Below, piece by piece: positions 24,382-42,335 of a stretch of DNA of 64,000 nucleotides. A program made the position numbers and the translations under genes. Under the pieces are notes generated by a model, which was not told where the DNA came from, searched no databases, and saw nothing but the letters and a program-made list of their open reading frames with translations. This DNA is from Eledone cirrhosa (lineage: Eukaryota): contig CAXHJY010001714.1 of the NCBI GenBank assembly GCA_964016885.1, forward strand, positions 93,517 through 157,516. The letters are read 5' to 3'. How positions within the stretch are numbered: the stretch's first letter is position 1; the number at the start of each line of letters is the position of its first letter.

Positions 24382-26127
24382 CAATGGTCATCAACCAAAA
24401 TGCTTCTGAGATCAGAGTAGCCATTTCCAACTAATTTTAGGTCGCTGATAATGACTATCAGAGTTAAAACTGTTTGTTAGCTTTTCAATAGACACCTATG
24501 TGTCACAGCAGACTCCTACAGGCTTGCGGCAGTGTGTTTCTTACCACATTCACAGCCCCACTGCCCTTCAGTATTGTTTCAGCAGTCATAGGAGGTGGTT
24601 GTGCTGTGCAATTTCATATATTGAAGTGAAATGTAGGTGATTTTCCTAGTCAATCACTTTTTAAACTTATAATAAATATTCATTGAACAAGCTATTGATA
24701 TGCATGTCAGGCATTTTATATTGGTTTTATTTTCCTACTAAATGATATAATTTTGATGAAGCACACTCCTCTAAACCACATCTCATAACACAAGGACAAC
24801 TCCATGACCTTGTCAGGGATCTACAACTATCTAAAAATGAAGCAGAGCTGGTAGGCTCTAATCTTCAACAGTGGAATCTCCTAACAGCTGATATGAAGAT
24901 TTCAAAATGTCATGACCGTCAGCAGCAGTTCAGAAATTTTTTCGTAATGGAAGGTGATTTATTGGCCTGCAACAATATTGATGGTCTGATCGAAACACTT
25001 GGTATTGAATACTATCCCAGTCACTGGAGGCTGTTCATATATTCATCAAAAACTAGCCTGAAATGTGTCTTCCTGTTTAATGGCAATAGTGAACCATCAG
25101 TTCCTGTGGGCTACACATCACATATGAAAGAAACTTATGAGAATATAAAGCATATGTTGCAATGTATAAAATAAGATTAACATCAATGGCAGCTCAGTGA
25201 TGACTTAATAGTTGTTGCTTTTGTAATGGGCTTGCAAGGTGGATACACCAAGTGCTGCTGATTTCTGTGTGAATGGGACTGGTGTCCAAGAGGTTCCTAC
25301 TATACTAAGAGAGACAAGCCACCTCATCAATCATTGGAGCCTGGGATGAAAAATGTTCAACAGCCACCTCACACTGAATCAAACAAAATTTTGCTACCAC
25401 CTCTACACACAAAACTGAGGCCCATGAAACATTTTATAAAAGCTAAGGTCAGGGATTCAATTTTTTAACATCAAAATTCCCCTCACTGATCGATGTTAAG
25501 ATAAAAGATGGAGTCTTCATTGGTCCTCAGATTCGAGAGCTTCTTAAAGATGGTGACTTTGAATCAGCCCTTCATTGGGAGGAGAAAGCTGCTTGGGAAA
25601 CATTCAAGTTAGTAGCGAAGGGATTTCTCGGAAACAGAAGGGAAGGAAACTATGAAGACTTTATAGAAAACCTCATCAAGGATTACAAGAATATGGGATG
25701 TAACATGTCACTTAAAATCCACTTTTTGGGCTCCCATTTAGACATTTTCCCAGCGAACTGTGGGGCAGTTAGTGACGAATATGGTGATAGGTTTCACCAA
25801 GATATTTCAACCATGAAAATGCGGTACCAGGACAAATAGAGCACAGCAATGCTTGCAGACTATTGCTGGACATTGGCAAAAGATGATTTTTCAGGCCACT
25901 ATAAATCTCAAGCAAAAACAGAGAGTAGATATAGACTAGAGCTTAAAACATAAAGACACATATTGTATGTTATACTAAAATAATCAAACATTACATGTCG
26001 TATATCTTTAAGCCTGTAGCTAATAAGCATTTATCAAGTTGATATTTGGATTCAGGACATAAAAATTCATAAGAATTAAATAATCTCATTTAAGAAGACA
26101 CAACTTTTCAAAAATAGTTGACCAGTG
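24382..26127 (+). mobile_element. Chapaev3-type (CMC superfamily) DNA transposon with decayed transposase
   Basis: TIRs caatggtcatc/gttgaccagtg, TSD TTA, peptides PHLITQ..DLVRDLQLSK, WRLFIYSSKTSLK, GLQGGYTK..FLCEWD interrupted by stops. Confidence 0.78.
24765..25930 (+). pseudogene. Disrupted DDE transposase
   Basis: ORF 24893-25174 plus flanking homologous frames with several stops and frameshifts. Confidence 0.8.
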
Positions 26128-26449
26128 TTATCATTAACGAGTTGAGCAAAACTATAATTGATGTTTTTATTAGCGAATAGAAGTATACAATAATTGTTTC
26201 TACTTTTAGCACAAGGCCAGCAATTATCCCAGTGGTGCTTTAATTTATCGACCCTGTAAGAATGAAGGGCAAAATTCTTACGGGGTCGATAAAATAGAAG
26301 TATACAATAATGAAAGTATTTTAGAAAGGGATCAAAATAATAAACAGGATTTGAGGAAAACATTAAAAACGGGCAGGAAGAAGAAAAATTAAATAATGAA
26401 AAAAGGGGGCAAGGTGGGGGGAGGGGGACAAACTCTTAGCTGGGTGGTA

Positions 26450-28728
26450 TATCTCAGCTGCGTCCCATGGACAAGATGGCGAAAGCATTGCTGTAGAAGA
26501 CCCAACGATATTCGCTACATCAGATACTCGATCTTACGCGGGTGGGATGCACTCCTGCCAATTTTGTGGAGGAAAACGTCAGTACGGGAACTGAAGACAC
26601 CAGAGGTCTCGACGGCAACTGGCAGAAAAAGGAAGCGGTTGAACAAACTAAACCGACTTGCGGCAGCACTTCAACCACAGTACAGCGTACCAACTGCACT
26701 CATGTATATACATCTCTAGCGACTCAGCTACGTTCTAGTGGGTGGGAAGTAGACCCGACTTTGGCGGTACATTAGTCAATTTAGATTAGTCAAAGGCATT
26801 TGACAGAGTCAACGTTACCTTGAGGCTATCCTAAGAGCAGCAGGTTTCGGCACTATCTTCAGAAGCTGGATCGTCACGTTATACAGTGGTATCTGTTCAG
26901 TGATCAAATTGAACGGCCACTTATCAGAACCTTTCCATATAGAACGCTTGGTCTGTCAGGGATGTCCCCTCTCCCCGCTCCTCTATGCGTAGGCTTTAAA
27001 GTCACTGATGCGGTGAATGGAAATCTTGAGAGGAATTCCACTAGAATCTAGCCACAGGAGAGCCGTGTCTACGTACGGAGATTACATCAGTCATGTTGTC
27101 AGATACTTCAGATATAGTAGTCGGCACCATATTGGAAGAATACCAGCAGGTTACTGGAGCCTGCATTAACCAGAATAAGTCAGTGGGTTGTAGAGAGGCA
27201 GGGCCATTCCGGCCAGTGGAAATCTCTGCCCTTGGACCAACAGCCCAGTCAGAATCTGCTTGGAATCTGGTTTGGATCGCCCCTCCAGGTAGACAAGAAC
27301 TCGAAAGATGTCACCCAGAAATGGGCAGAGAGAAAGGTTGAGCAGAAGTGGCAAACACCTACATTACGTCAGTGGTTTACTATCACCTGTCCGTCGTATC
27401 ATGGCCCCAAATCACCTGACCAGATTAGAACGCATGCTCTTCCAAGTTTTGTGAAAAGGACAAGTCCAACTGGTCAGAAAATCCATCTCTTAATAATTTC
27501 CACTCAATAGTGGCCTCGAGATGCCATCGCTAATGACGCGTTAACATGAGCTACGGCTAATGCACCCGTGGAGCTATCTCAAGGACCGCAACGACGATGA
27601 CAATGAAAGTGAAGCTCAACTAGTGTGGGCACCTTTGGTGAGACATGTCTTCTCGCATTTCATCTCCCTGACAGATCTACCGTCGTAGGTGAAGCGCAGA
27701 CAAGGCTAGGCGACAAGCATCTTGAGTGTTGCCAGTCGCTCAGGGATCTTTACTAACTGAAGAACACGGTAGGAGGCCAGAAAGCAACTTTCTTTCTATA
27801 GCGGGTTAGTGGAAGGTATGGGCAACGATGGCCTGGGAGTGGCCCTGGACGTTGATGAGGACAGTCTGAACAGGTTCTTCTGGAGGACTTTCAGATCGGG
27901 ATCATGAACAATATCCAAATCCCTTGGCATGGCAGTGCTACAGAGGGGCACTTCTAATTCAAGACAAACTCTATGGGCACGGAAGTGCCAACAGCCTGAT
28001 CTGTCAAAAATTCGCACAAGGTGACGAAATCGTCAGGAAAGCCGCCCAGTGCCCGTGCATTTCAGAATTGTGAGTTTGATTTGAACAACTGCTATTGACC
28101 AAGTCTCTAGAGAAGATTGAACCGCTATCTTTTAGAAGAGAGGTGCGATAAGTCGTCTTCTGTCTAGTAGCTATGGCGAAGGAAGCTAGACTGGTGAAGT
28201 ATGGTGGACTCGTCTAAAAGGATTGAGGTCAGGAATTTCCCTCTCTGGCCAAAGCCTTATCAACTTCTTCAAGTTCTACTTGATGAGGAATGTGAGGGTA
28301 GAAAGGGAGGCGCTGCCTTCTAGTGTGTTTTGTGAAAGATGGGTGAGAGCGGCGAGACTGACGAGGTTGAACGGGTCTAATCTGACTATTTAGGAGGAAG
28401 GAAACAGGGAGAAGCCACTTTTAATGCCTGTGAAGTAACAGAGTAATCCGGGGCTTTGTGTGGGGTTTCTCCATGAAATTATCCTAAAGTGTAGTCCCCC
28501 ACCATTGGGGAACCTGTCCATGTTGAGATTTGTTATTGTTTTTCTAATTTTATGTATATTTATGACAATTTCTATTATTATTCCTACTGTTTTTCGCTCC
28601 AGTGATATCCCCTTTTCCTTTACTTGATGTAAATTTCACTTTGTTGTGTTGTGCTGCCTTTGTCCTAATATTGCCCCCTTTATCTCGTGCCGTTGTATCT
28701 AACAAAAGAAATTATTATTATTATTATT
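26450..28728 (+). mobile_element. Decayed Tx1/L1-like LINE
   Basis: RT remnants LD*SKAFDRV and QGCPLSPLLYA; C-terminal RVEREAL..ERWV; (ATT)n tail. Confidence 0.75.
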
Positions 28729-29130
28729 AAGGTGGATTGGTAGTATCGGCCCTTTATGTTCTGAGTTCACATCCCGCCAATGTTAGCTTTGCCTTTCATC
28801 CTTACAAGCGTCGATAATATAAAGCACCAGTAATACACTGGGTCGGTTTAATTGACTTTCCCCTCACCCAAAATTGTTTGCCTTGTGCCTAAAGTAGAAA
28901 CAATTATTATAGGATGGGTGGTAAATTGGAAGTATCGGACAAAATGCTTTGCAGTATTTAGTTACGACTTTCTACGTTTAGAGTTCGAATCCCACCAAGA
29001 CCACCTTTACCTTTCCCTTCGAGGATCGATAAAATAAAGTACCAGTAAAGTACTGAGGTCGATGTAATCGATTTTCCCTACCACCAAAATTGCTGGCCTT
29101 GTACTTAAATTGGAAACAGTTATTATTGAG
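28729..29130 (+). mobile_element. Two tandem SINEs
   Basis: Two successive tRNA-head plus core units. Confidence 0.8.
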
Positions 29131-29539
29131 GGTGTGGTAGAAAAAATATAATCGACTTTCCTCTTCTACTAAAATTCTGACCTTGGACCTCATTAAGAAA
29201 CTATTTTAGTAGTTGTTGTTATTGTTGTTTTTATTGCGGAAGTCGTCGTCGTTGTTGTTGTTGTTGTCGTTTTTGTGGTGGTGGTGGTGGTGGTGGTGCT
29301 GCTGCTGCTGCTTTTTAGCTATTTTATACAATCTCTTACCTATGACTTAAGGTAGGAGGATGCGAGTAATTAATTGGTTTCAACTACCCGAATAGCGGAG
29401 AAAGGTGCCATAAAAGTAGATCATTGACAGGAAGAAATGTAGTATGTTTTGTATGTAGAACTTGGTATTGAATATTGATTTGTGTAGAGGTTTATAGAGT
29501 ATAAATCAAATTGAGTGGGGAGGACTAACTTTTAATGTC

Positions 29540-29800
29540 TAAAGTCTGTCTCGAGCCCGGAGACTCATCAAGTCCGTGTTTATCTTGGTTTCCGTGGCGG
29601 GAAGTGACTGGAAGTACAAGACTCACCACCTGGACATGACGCCAGTCCTTCGCAGGTACTCATCTTAGGTTGAGTATACCGGAGCCACATAAAATGAGGT
29701 TTTATTCTCAAGAACACAACACACAACCCAGTCCAGGAATCGAACCCATGATATTATGATCATAATTTCAACACCCTTACCACTAGGCCACGCGCTTCAA
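29540..29800 (-). mobile_element. SINE (second family)
   Basis: Homologous to 12519-12785. Confidence 0.8.
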
Positions 29801-30653
29801 CAACTTTTAATGTATATCACACTAAATTACAGGTACTCTATAATTTGTAAGATTGAGAGTCCTTATCGCAGTATGTGTACTTGAGAACTCTGGTACAAAC
29901 ACTACACTTGTGACAATTATTGACACATAGTGCTGGGCCCATGGTACCATGTGACGACAAGTGCAGAGAGATCTCCAGATCTAAAGCAATGCCTGTGCCG
30001 TGAAGCTTTTATAGTGAGCAAAGGCACTGCACAAAGCCAGTCCCACTCTCTTAACCAAGATGATATTTACCAAAAAGAACAACAAGTCAACATCATTGGA
30101 TACCATCAGGGTTGCAGGTGTTATATCAGAGTTTTCCTTCTCCTAGAATTCTGCTTTGACAAAGGCTAAGGGGTCATCTCTCCCGGTGATTTTAGATGGC
30201 CATTGACTCTTAAGAGCTCCTTTGCCCTTTGACAGGTTTTGTTTTTAGTCCTGCAGGATGTCCAAAGTCACCCTCCTCACCAAGAAACCTTGGTGGGGTT
30301 TCCAGTTTAGTCACCAACAACCCGACCATGAGACAGGTTGTACATACAGGTTGTACATACATACATACATACATACATACATACATACATACATACATAC
30401 ATACATACATACACAGGCTCATACATAGCTGAGTAGTTAAGGCGCGGTCGCTTCGCAAACATTTGTTCCTGGGTTCAATCCCGCCGCGCTGCGGCACCTT
30501 GAGCAAGTATCTTCTATAATCTCGGTTTCACCAATGCCTTGTGAGAGGAATTCAGTATTCGGATACTGCAGAATCCCGTCGTTTATATATAGAGAAAAAG
30601 AGTCAGGACCCCGACGGCTGAGCTCCGGCCGTTTCGATAGCTAGATCCGAACC

Positions 30654-30732
<79 letters not shown>

Positions 30733-31544
30733 ACATTTGTGTTTATTTATGTTCCATAACTTAGCGGTTCGATAGAAAAAGTCATAAAATAAGCATCAGA
30801 CTTGAACAAAAATAAGCAGTGGGGTCGATATGATCGACTAAATCCAGATGATGATCCACCATGGTCGCAGCATAACTGAAATATGTAAAAATAATTGAAA
30901 ATAAAAGAATTGATTGAAGCTGAATTCTAAATCCTGTTTAAAAAGTCGTCACAAAGTAATTGAAATAGAGCGTATTTCAATAGAAGTTCAGCCATGAAAA
31001 GGTTTAAAATACGATTCTGTTTCAATTCATTGCAGCCTCTTACTTTATAAATATACTCGTATTAGGTCAGACCAGATCATAAAACTACTGAGAGAATATT
31101 AAACAGTCGGTATGATGTCACTGTGCATAGTCTCTATGGAAACAGAGGCCAGATGTACACGAAAATAGTTTACATGAAGGTCGCCTGGTTTCATGTTTCA
31201 TCTCACAAAACTTCTATTGATCAATTCAATGAACTTTCCAATTTTGTCTCACGGACTTCTAATTTCTCATTACTTCTAGCCACACACGCACGCACCCACA
31301 TACACATGCACATACATACACACAGATACACACACTGACACCATGTATGGGGGTTTGTCTATCTTAGCGGCCAACATTCTCTAATGTTTGTTTTCAACAG
31401 AAATGTGAAATCGACATAGAAAAGGAACGAAGACAGATGTTTATATAGTTTAGTTTAGTCTCACCTATAGGCTTCTGTTATGAATCACGCTGTATTAGTG
31501 CTACTGCTAATTAATGCATGTATTGTCTCGTAACTCCCATATAT

Positions 31545-31842
31545 TAATATACCGTGTTTCTAGGGCATTTTAAAACCTGGCTGAGCCCGTCTCCTCTCCA
31601 GGTCTGAATACAGCTGATTTCTTCCAGAGAAGGATAGAGAGTGAGAGAATGGAAGTGAGAAAGAGATATAGAGGAAGAAAAATCGACCCCAGTACTGGAC
31701 TGGTACTTTTTTTTATCGACCTCAAATAGATGAAAGGCAAAGTTGATCTCGACTGGATTTGAACTCAGAAAGCAGAGAGCCGAAACGAATACTGTAAAGC
31801 ATTCTATCCAACGTTCTAACGACTCTGCCAATTCGCTGCCTT
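31545..31842 (-). mobile_element. SINE with extended tail
   Basis: Family core plus a tail shared with 42060-42310. Confidence 0.75.
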
Positions 31843-32049
31843 ACTGCTAATTAATACTAACCCACTATATGCAAATGAGCTTTTCTAAAAATGTATTATT
31901 GCAAAATCTCTACATAAGTAATTTGTTTCCCTACCTCAGTACCGAGTAAACATTACTGATGATAAAAATCCAGAAACACTATTGTTAGGCACCTACTTCA
32001 CATGATCGTAAAACGATTTCCTCGGTTAACGATAAAGTTATATTCAATA

Positions 32050-33670
32050 GTTTGGCAAGGTCGTAAATCAATTTGCTCGGTAACTGATATTTCTTCAGAG
32101 AGGGGCATTCTCGTGAGGCGGAGAGAATACTTTGCTGATCTCCCAAACCTGATGTAATCAAGGTGCATCTGGGAGCGGTGGCTTATCTACCCGAGGCTGA
32201 GGTCACAAGGGCAGATAAAGTGCTCAAATGTGGCAAGGCCGCTGGGGAATATGAAATTCGGCCCGAGATGTTAAAAGCCTTAAATAGAGACGGTAGTGTG
32301 CCTAGTGGCCTGGATCTCTAGAAAGTCACCTAATCAATGGCAAGTAGTCAAGAAATTGTGGAAGTATTGCCAAGAGGTATATTCTTGTTTTGTCGACCTT
32401 GAAAAGGCATATGACCGCATTCCTCGGGATCTGCTGTGGAAGGTTATGCAGTAGTATGGGATCGATGGTCAGTTTCTTGTAGCTCTGATGTCTTTATACG
32501 AATGCCCGAGTATTTGTGTTTGGATAAATGGTGCTAAATCTGAATCATTCAATTTGGGGAGAAGGACTCCGCCCAGTGTGTTTACTGTCACTTCTCCTGT
32601 TCATTATTTACATGAACATGAGGTCGATTGGCATTATTTACATGAACATGAGGTGGATAAGGGCGGTGGATTGGCAGTATCGGTAGAGGGTTGGACGCCA
32701 TGCTTTGCAGCATAGAGTTACTCCCCTTTATGATCTGAGTTCAAATCCCTCCGAGGTTAACTTTGCCTTTCATCCTTACGGGGTCGATAAAATAAAGTAC
32801 CAGTAATGCACTGGATAATTGCTGGCCTTGTGCCAAAAGTAGAAATAATTATTTACATGAACATGATTGACATACGCAGCAGGGTTGGAAGTGGTATCAC
32901 GACTGGCGGGTATAAAATCAGTCGGCTGGAATTTGCAGACGATATGGTATTACTTAACTCGACAGAAGGTGATCACCAACTTGCACTCGATAGGTTTGGT
33001 GCTGAGTGCTGCATGACAGGAATGAAAATCAGTGCTGCTAAAACGGAGATACTCTACATATGAATGGAGTTCCACTGAAGCAGGTGGAGAAGTTCATGTA
33101 CCTCGGGGCCGTGTTCACAAGTGATGGAAGACAAGAAGTTGAATTAAGTGCATGAATTGCAGGAGCTAGTGCAGTAATGCGCCAGCTTTAGCATTCGGTA
33201 ATCAGAAGAAGGGAGGTGGGCGTAAAAGCCAAAGTTGCTATCTTCAATTCGGTATTCATGCCAACCCTTACCTACGGTCACGAATCTTGGGTAATGACCG
33301 AAAGAATAGGATCGCAAATACAAGCAGTCGAAATAGGGTTCCTCCAAAGAGTCTTTGGAGTAACGTTACTCGATAGAGTGCGTAGCTCGGAGATCAGAGA
33401 GTCGCTCCAGGTACAGCCGCTACTTCTCCGAATTGAGGGATCGCAGCTCCGATACTATGGGCATGTGGTTATAATGTCAAGGAAAGAATCGGCAGGAGAC
33501 CCAGGTGTAGACCCCCGAGTTAGATGGGTGGATAACATCCATGAACTCGGCTGGTCTCGCTTGGGGATCCAACCGGATGAGTTGGAAACGGTTACTTCTG
33601 ACAAGACCCGCTGGAAGGAGTGTTTCTCTGCCCCACGGTCCTCTCAGGAATAAGTGGGCGAAGAAGAACT
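32050..33670 (+). mobile_element. Decayed RTE-like LINE reverse transcriptase region
   Basis: GKAAGEYEIRPEMLK, FVDLEKAYDRIPR, LEFADD, FMYLG, PTLTYGHESW and QLRYYGHV motifs. Confidence 0.85.
32652..32847 (+). mobile_element. SINE inserted in the LINE with a 19-bp TSD
   Basis: attatttacatgaacatga at 32603, 32633 and 32848. Confidence 0.88.
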
Positions 33671-33781
33671 GATATCTCATTTAATGTCCAAGTTCTGTTT
33701 CAATGATTTATTCTTAAAATACCTTTGGGTATAGTTTTCATGAGAGTATGAAATGTTACCAAGTATCAGTTTTATATTAGA

Positions 33782-34614
<833 letters not shown>

Positions 34615-34843
34615 TTATTTATCTGAATAAAGAAATTCGTAATGTCTAATGGAAACACTATCTTAGTAAATATAAATCTGCTTTATTGTGCAAAGCTTGT
34701 ACAAACATACACACACAAAAATTATTTTCAAATACATACACACACAAATGGATTTGTTAGTTAAAGCAGACAAAAATACGTAACATACAAAATACACAAA
34801 AGAAAATATTAAAAGTACATAATATATATTATATATATATATA

Positions 34844-37428
<2,585 letters not shown>

Positions 37429-37699
37429 TAGATAGATATATTCAAAACAAACAAACACCACCGACAACACCACATTACCACCATCACCACCCTCTACACC
37501 ACCACCACCACATTACTACTAACACCACCACACCACCACCACATATTTTAAACTTATGTCAAATAATTCAACAAAAGCACATCACTAAAATCGCATATAG
37601 ATCTCCCCCACACCCCAGGGGTTCAAATAGTGGGGGAGGGGATGGAGAACTTTGTCGTTCTTTACAGAAGACGAAAGCATTTATTTTTTCAAAGTAAAA

Positions 37700-39203
<1,504 letters not shown>

Positions 39204-39346
39204 GGCATGTAGCGTTATGTAGAGAGAGTGAGAAAGGAAATATTTTGAGAGAGAGTGACAAAATAATTCAAGAAGGGAAGAAAAAATATTTAGATATTGG
39301 GTTTCACAGTAAAGTGGCTGTGTATATGAGTGTGTGTGTTAATATG

Positions 39347-39379
<33 letters not shown>

Positions 39380-39417
39380 CTGTGAGTGAGTGTGAGTGTG
39401 TGTGTGAGTGTGTGTGA

Positions 39418-39518
<101 letters not shown>

Positions 39519-39621
39519 CGTGCGTGTTTGTATATTTCTATATATATGTGTGTGTATGTTTATATGTGCGTGTGTGTGTTTTATATATATTTTTATATGT
39601 GTGTATATATATATATATGCG

Positions 39622-39654
<33 letters not shown>

Positions 39655-39874
39655 CTGTGTGTGAGTGTGTGTGTGTATACATATGTGTGTGTTTATATAT
39701 ATATATGTGTGTGTGTGTTTATTTATATATGTGTGTGTTTATTTATATGTGTGTTTTTATATATATATATATGTTTGTGTGTGTGACTGTCTGCTTGTAT
39801 ATATGTGTGCGTGAGCATGTGTATATATATGTATGTGTGTGTGTCTGTGTTTATACATGTATTTATGTGTATGA

Positions 39875-40225
39875 AAGCGCGTGGTTAGGGTATTCGGCTC
39901 ACAATCGTAAGATCGTGTTAGATTCCGGTGGCACATTGAGTCCTTGAGCAAGACACTTCATTTCACGTTGCTCCAGTCCACTTAGCGGGCAAAAATGAGT
40001 TGTACCTGTAATTCGATGGACCAGCCTTGTCACGCACTGTGTCACACTGTATCTCCCCGAGAACTAAGTAAAATGTACGCATTTATATATACAAATAAAC
40101 GCAAGTAAAATGTACGCAAATGTCTGCGGAATGCTCAGCCACTTGCACGATAATTTCATGAGTAAGCTGTTCCGTTGATGTTATCAACTGGAACACTTGT
40201 CGTCGTAACCGACGGAGTGACTCCT
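39875..40225 (+). mobile_element. tRNA-derived SINE (third family)
   Basis: tRNA-like head and 'tccttgagcaagacactt' segment; tail shared with 14600-14740 and 24190-24340. Confidence 0.7.
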
Positions 40226-40461
40226 TTTATGTGTGTGTGTTTATATACACACACACACATATATATATATACCTATATATATATGTGTGTATGTGTGTGT
40301 GTGTGTGTGCGTGTGTTTATATGTGTGTGTATGTTTGTTTATATACATGTGTATGCCTGTGTGTGTTTGTACATTTTTGGGACACCCTCTATGTATATAT
40401 ATATATATAAATGTGTGTGTGGTGTGTATTAGGATTGGTGCTCTGAAATAGCGATGTATAC

Positions 40462-40844
40462 ATGAATGTATGTATAGTATATTTGGCAATATACCGTATG
40501 TTTAATTAAAAACATTAGTCTTAAAGTAGTGACTATGTCACTTACTTCTTTTCGGTGAAAGAAGGGAGAGAAGCTGACAGTCTGTTTCATGCTGGTTGGC
40601 GTTCATTAGAGCCACGTACCCCTCTGCCTTCGCCGAAAATAATATAATTTTCGGCGAAGGCAGAGGGGTACGTGGCTATGATGAACGCCAACCAGCGTGA
40701 AACAAACTGTCGGCTGCTCTCCCTTCTTTCGCCGAAAAGAAGTAACTGACATAGTCACTACTTTAGAACTGATAGCGTATGGTCTTCTAAATGTTTTTAA
40801 TTAAACATACGGTATATTGCCAAATATACTATACTATACATACA

Positions 40845-40849
<5 letters not shown>
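40462..40849. repeat. Near-perfect ~390-bp hairpin with a hammerhead motif in each arm
   Basis: Symmetry centre ~40643; HHR-like motifs at 40572-40613 (-) and 40674-40715 (+). Confidence 0.88.
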
Positions 40850-40941
<92 letters not shown>

Positions 40942-41040
40942 TGGTATAATGCGTAGAAATATCCGAGACTCCCAGTAGACAACTGATGAGGAAAACTCCC
41001 CTCCCCGTTCTTGCTTTCTTCTAATTCCCACTCCATTTTA

Positions 41041-41087
<47 letters not shown>

Positions 41088-41094
41088 TACATAT

Positions 41095-41960
41095 GTGTGC
41101 CTTCCACCTGCGAAACTGTGAAGCTAAGCGTCAACTGAAGGTTAACTGGTCAGGAACTCTCTTGAACACTGTGAGCACCCAGTCTATCTAGATGTAACCC
41201 TGGACAGGTGTCACTCTTTTAAGATCCACATTGAGAAGACCAAGTGCAAAATGAATGCGAGGAAGAATATCATCCACAAGCTCACTGGCACAACCTGGGG
41301 TGCAAACCCAGAGACACTGAAGTCAACTGCACTAACTCTCTGCTACTAAGCTGCCGAGTATGCATTCCCAGTATGGGAGGGGGCTGTCCATGTCCAGAAG
41401 CGAGATCACGACCTCAATGCTAGCTGCCGCCTCATCACAGGCTGTCTGAAATCTACACCTACGGACCGTCTGCATATCCTGGCAGGCATAGCCCCACCAG
41501 AGATACGATGAAGTTCAGCAAGCAAGAAAGAGCGTCAAAAACAGACTACAGATCAAAAACATCCTCTCTTAGGCCATGTACCAGCCAAAAGCCGCCTTAA
41601 GTCCAGGAAAAGTTTCCTAAAGCGCGTCACATTTCTTGGAACATCAAGCATAAGTTGTGAAAGAGTCACTCGCTGGGAAGAAAAACTTAACAAGCTCCCA
41701 CCTGTAACAACAATGGAGCTAAAAGCGAGCGAAGCACTGCCTCCCGGAGCAGGTACAAATTATGCAGTGTGGAAATGCCTCAATAGATTAAGATCTGATG
41801 TTGGTCTGGCAAAATGGCCATATTGTGTGACTGTGGCATCGAACCACAGACTACGCAACACCTCTTGATATGCCCCCTGCTGGAACACCCTTACACGGCA
41901 TTAGACTTGGCAGAGTTTAATAAGAAAGGACTACAATGTGTTGGAAAGGACTTTCTTCCA
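41095..41960 (+). mobile_element. 3' part of an I-group (Ingi/Vingi-like) LINE
   Basis: YLDVTLDR, KLTGTTWGA, AEYAFPVW, LAGIAPP and CCHC knuckle CDCG..QTTQHLLICP. Confidence 0.75.
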
Positions 41961-42335
41961 GTTAAGTAATGAGGTTGATATAATAGACTTTACCCTCCTT
42001 CTAAAATTACTGACTTTTTAATTGGTGATATGGTCCAGTAACTCCTGATAGAGTCGTAGGAATGCCGTATCGACATACGGCATTTCTTGGACATTTTAAG
42101 CCTGGCAGAGCCCATCCCCCTCCAGGTCTGAGTACATCAGAAAGTGAGAGAGAGGAAATGAGAAAGAAATATAGAGGAAGAATCGATCCCATTACGAGAC
42201 TGGTTTTTTTTTATTGACCTCGAAAGGATGAAAGGTAAAGTTGACCGCGGCGGAACGAATACCATAGAGAATTCTATTCGACGTTCTAACAACTCTGCCA
42301 ATTCACCGCCTATACCTTGTGATTAGAAAACAATA

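Noticed and set aside
40975-41010. CTGATGAG motif in a TA-bounded island
   Set aside because: No correctly placed GAAA box or stem III
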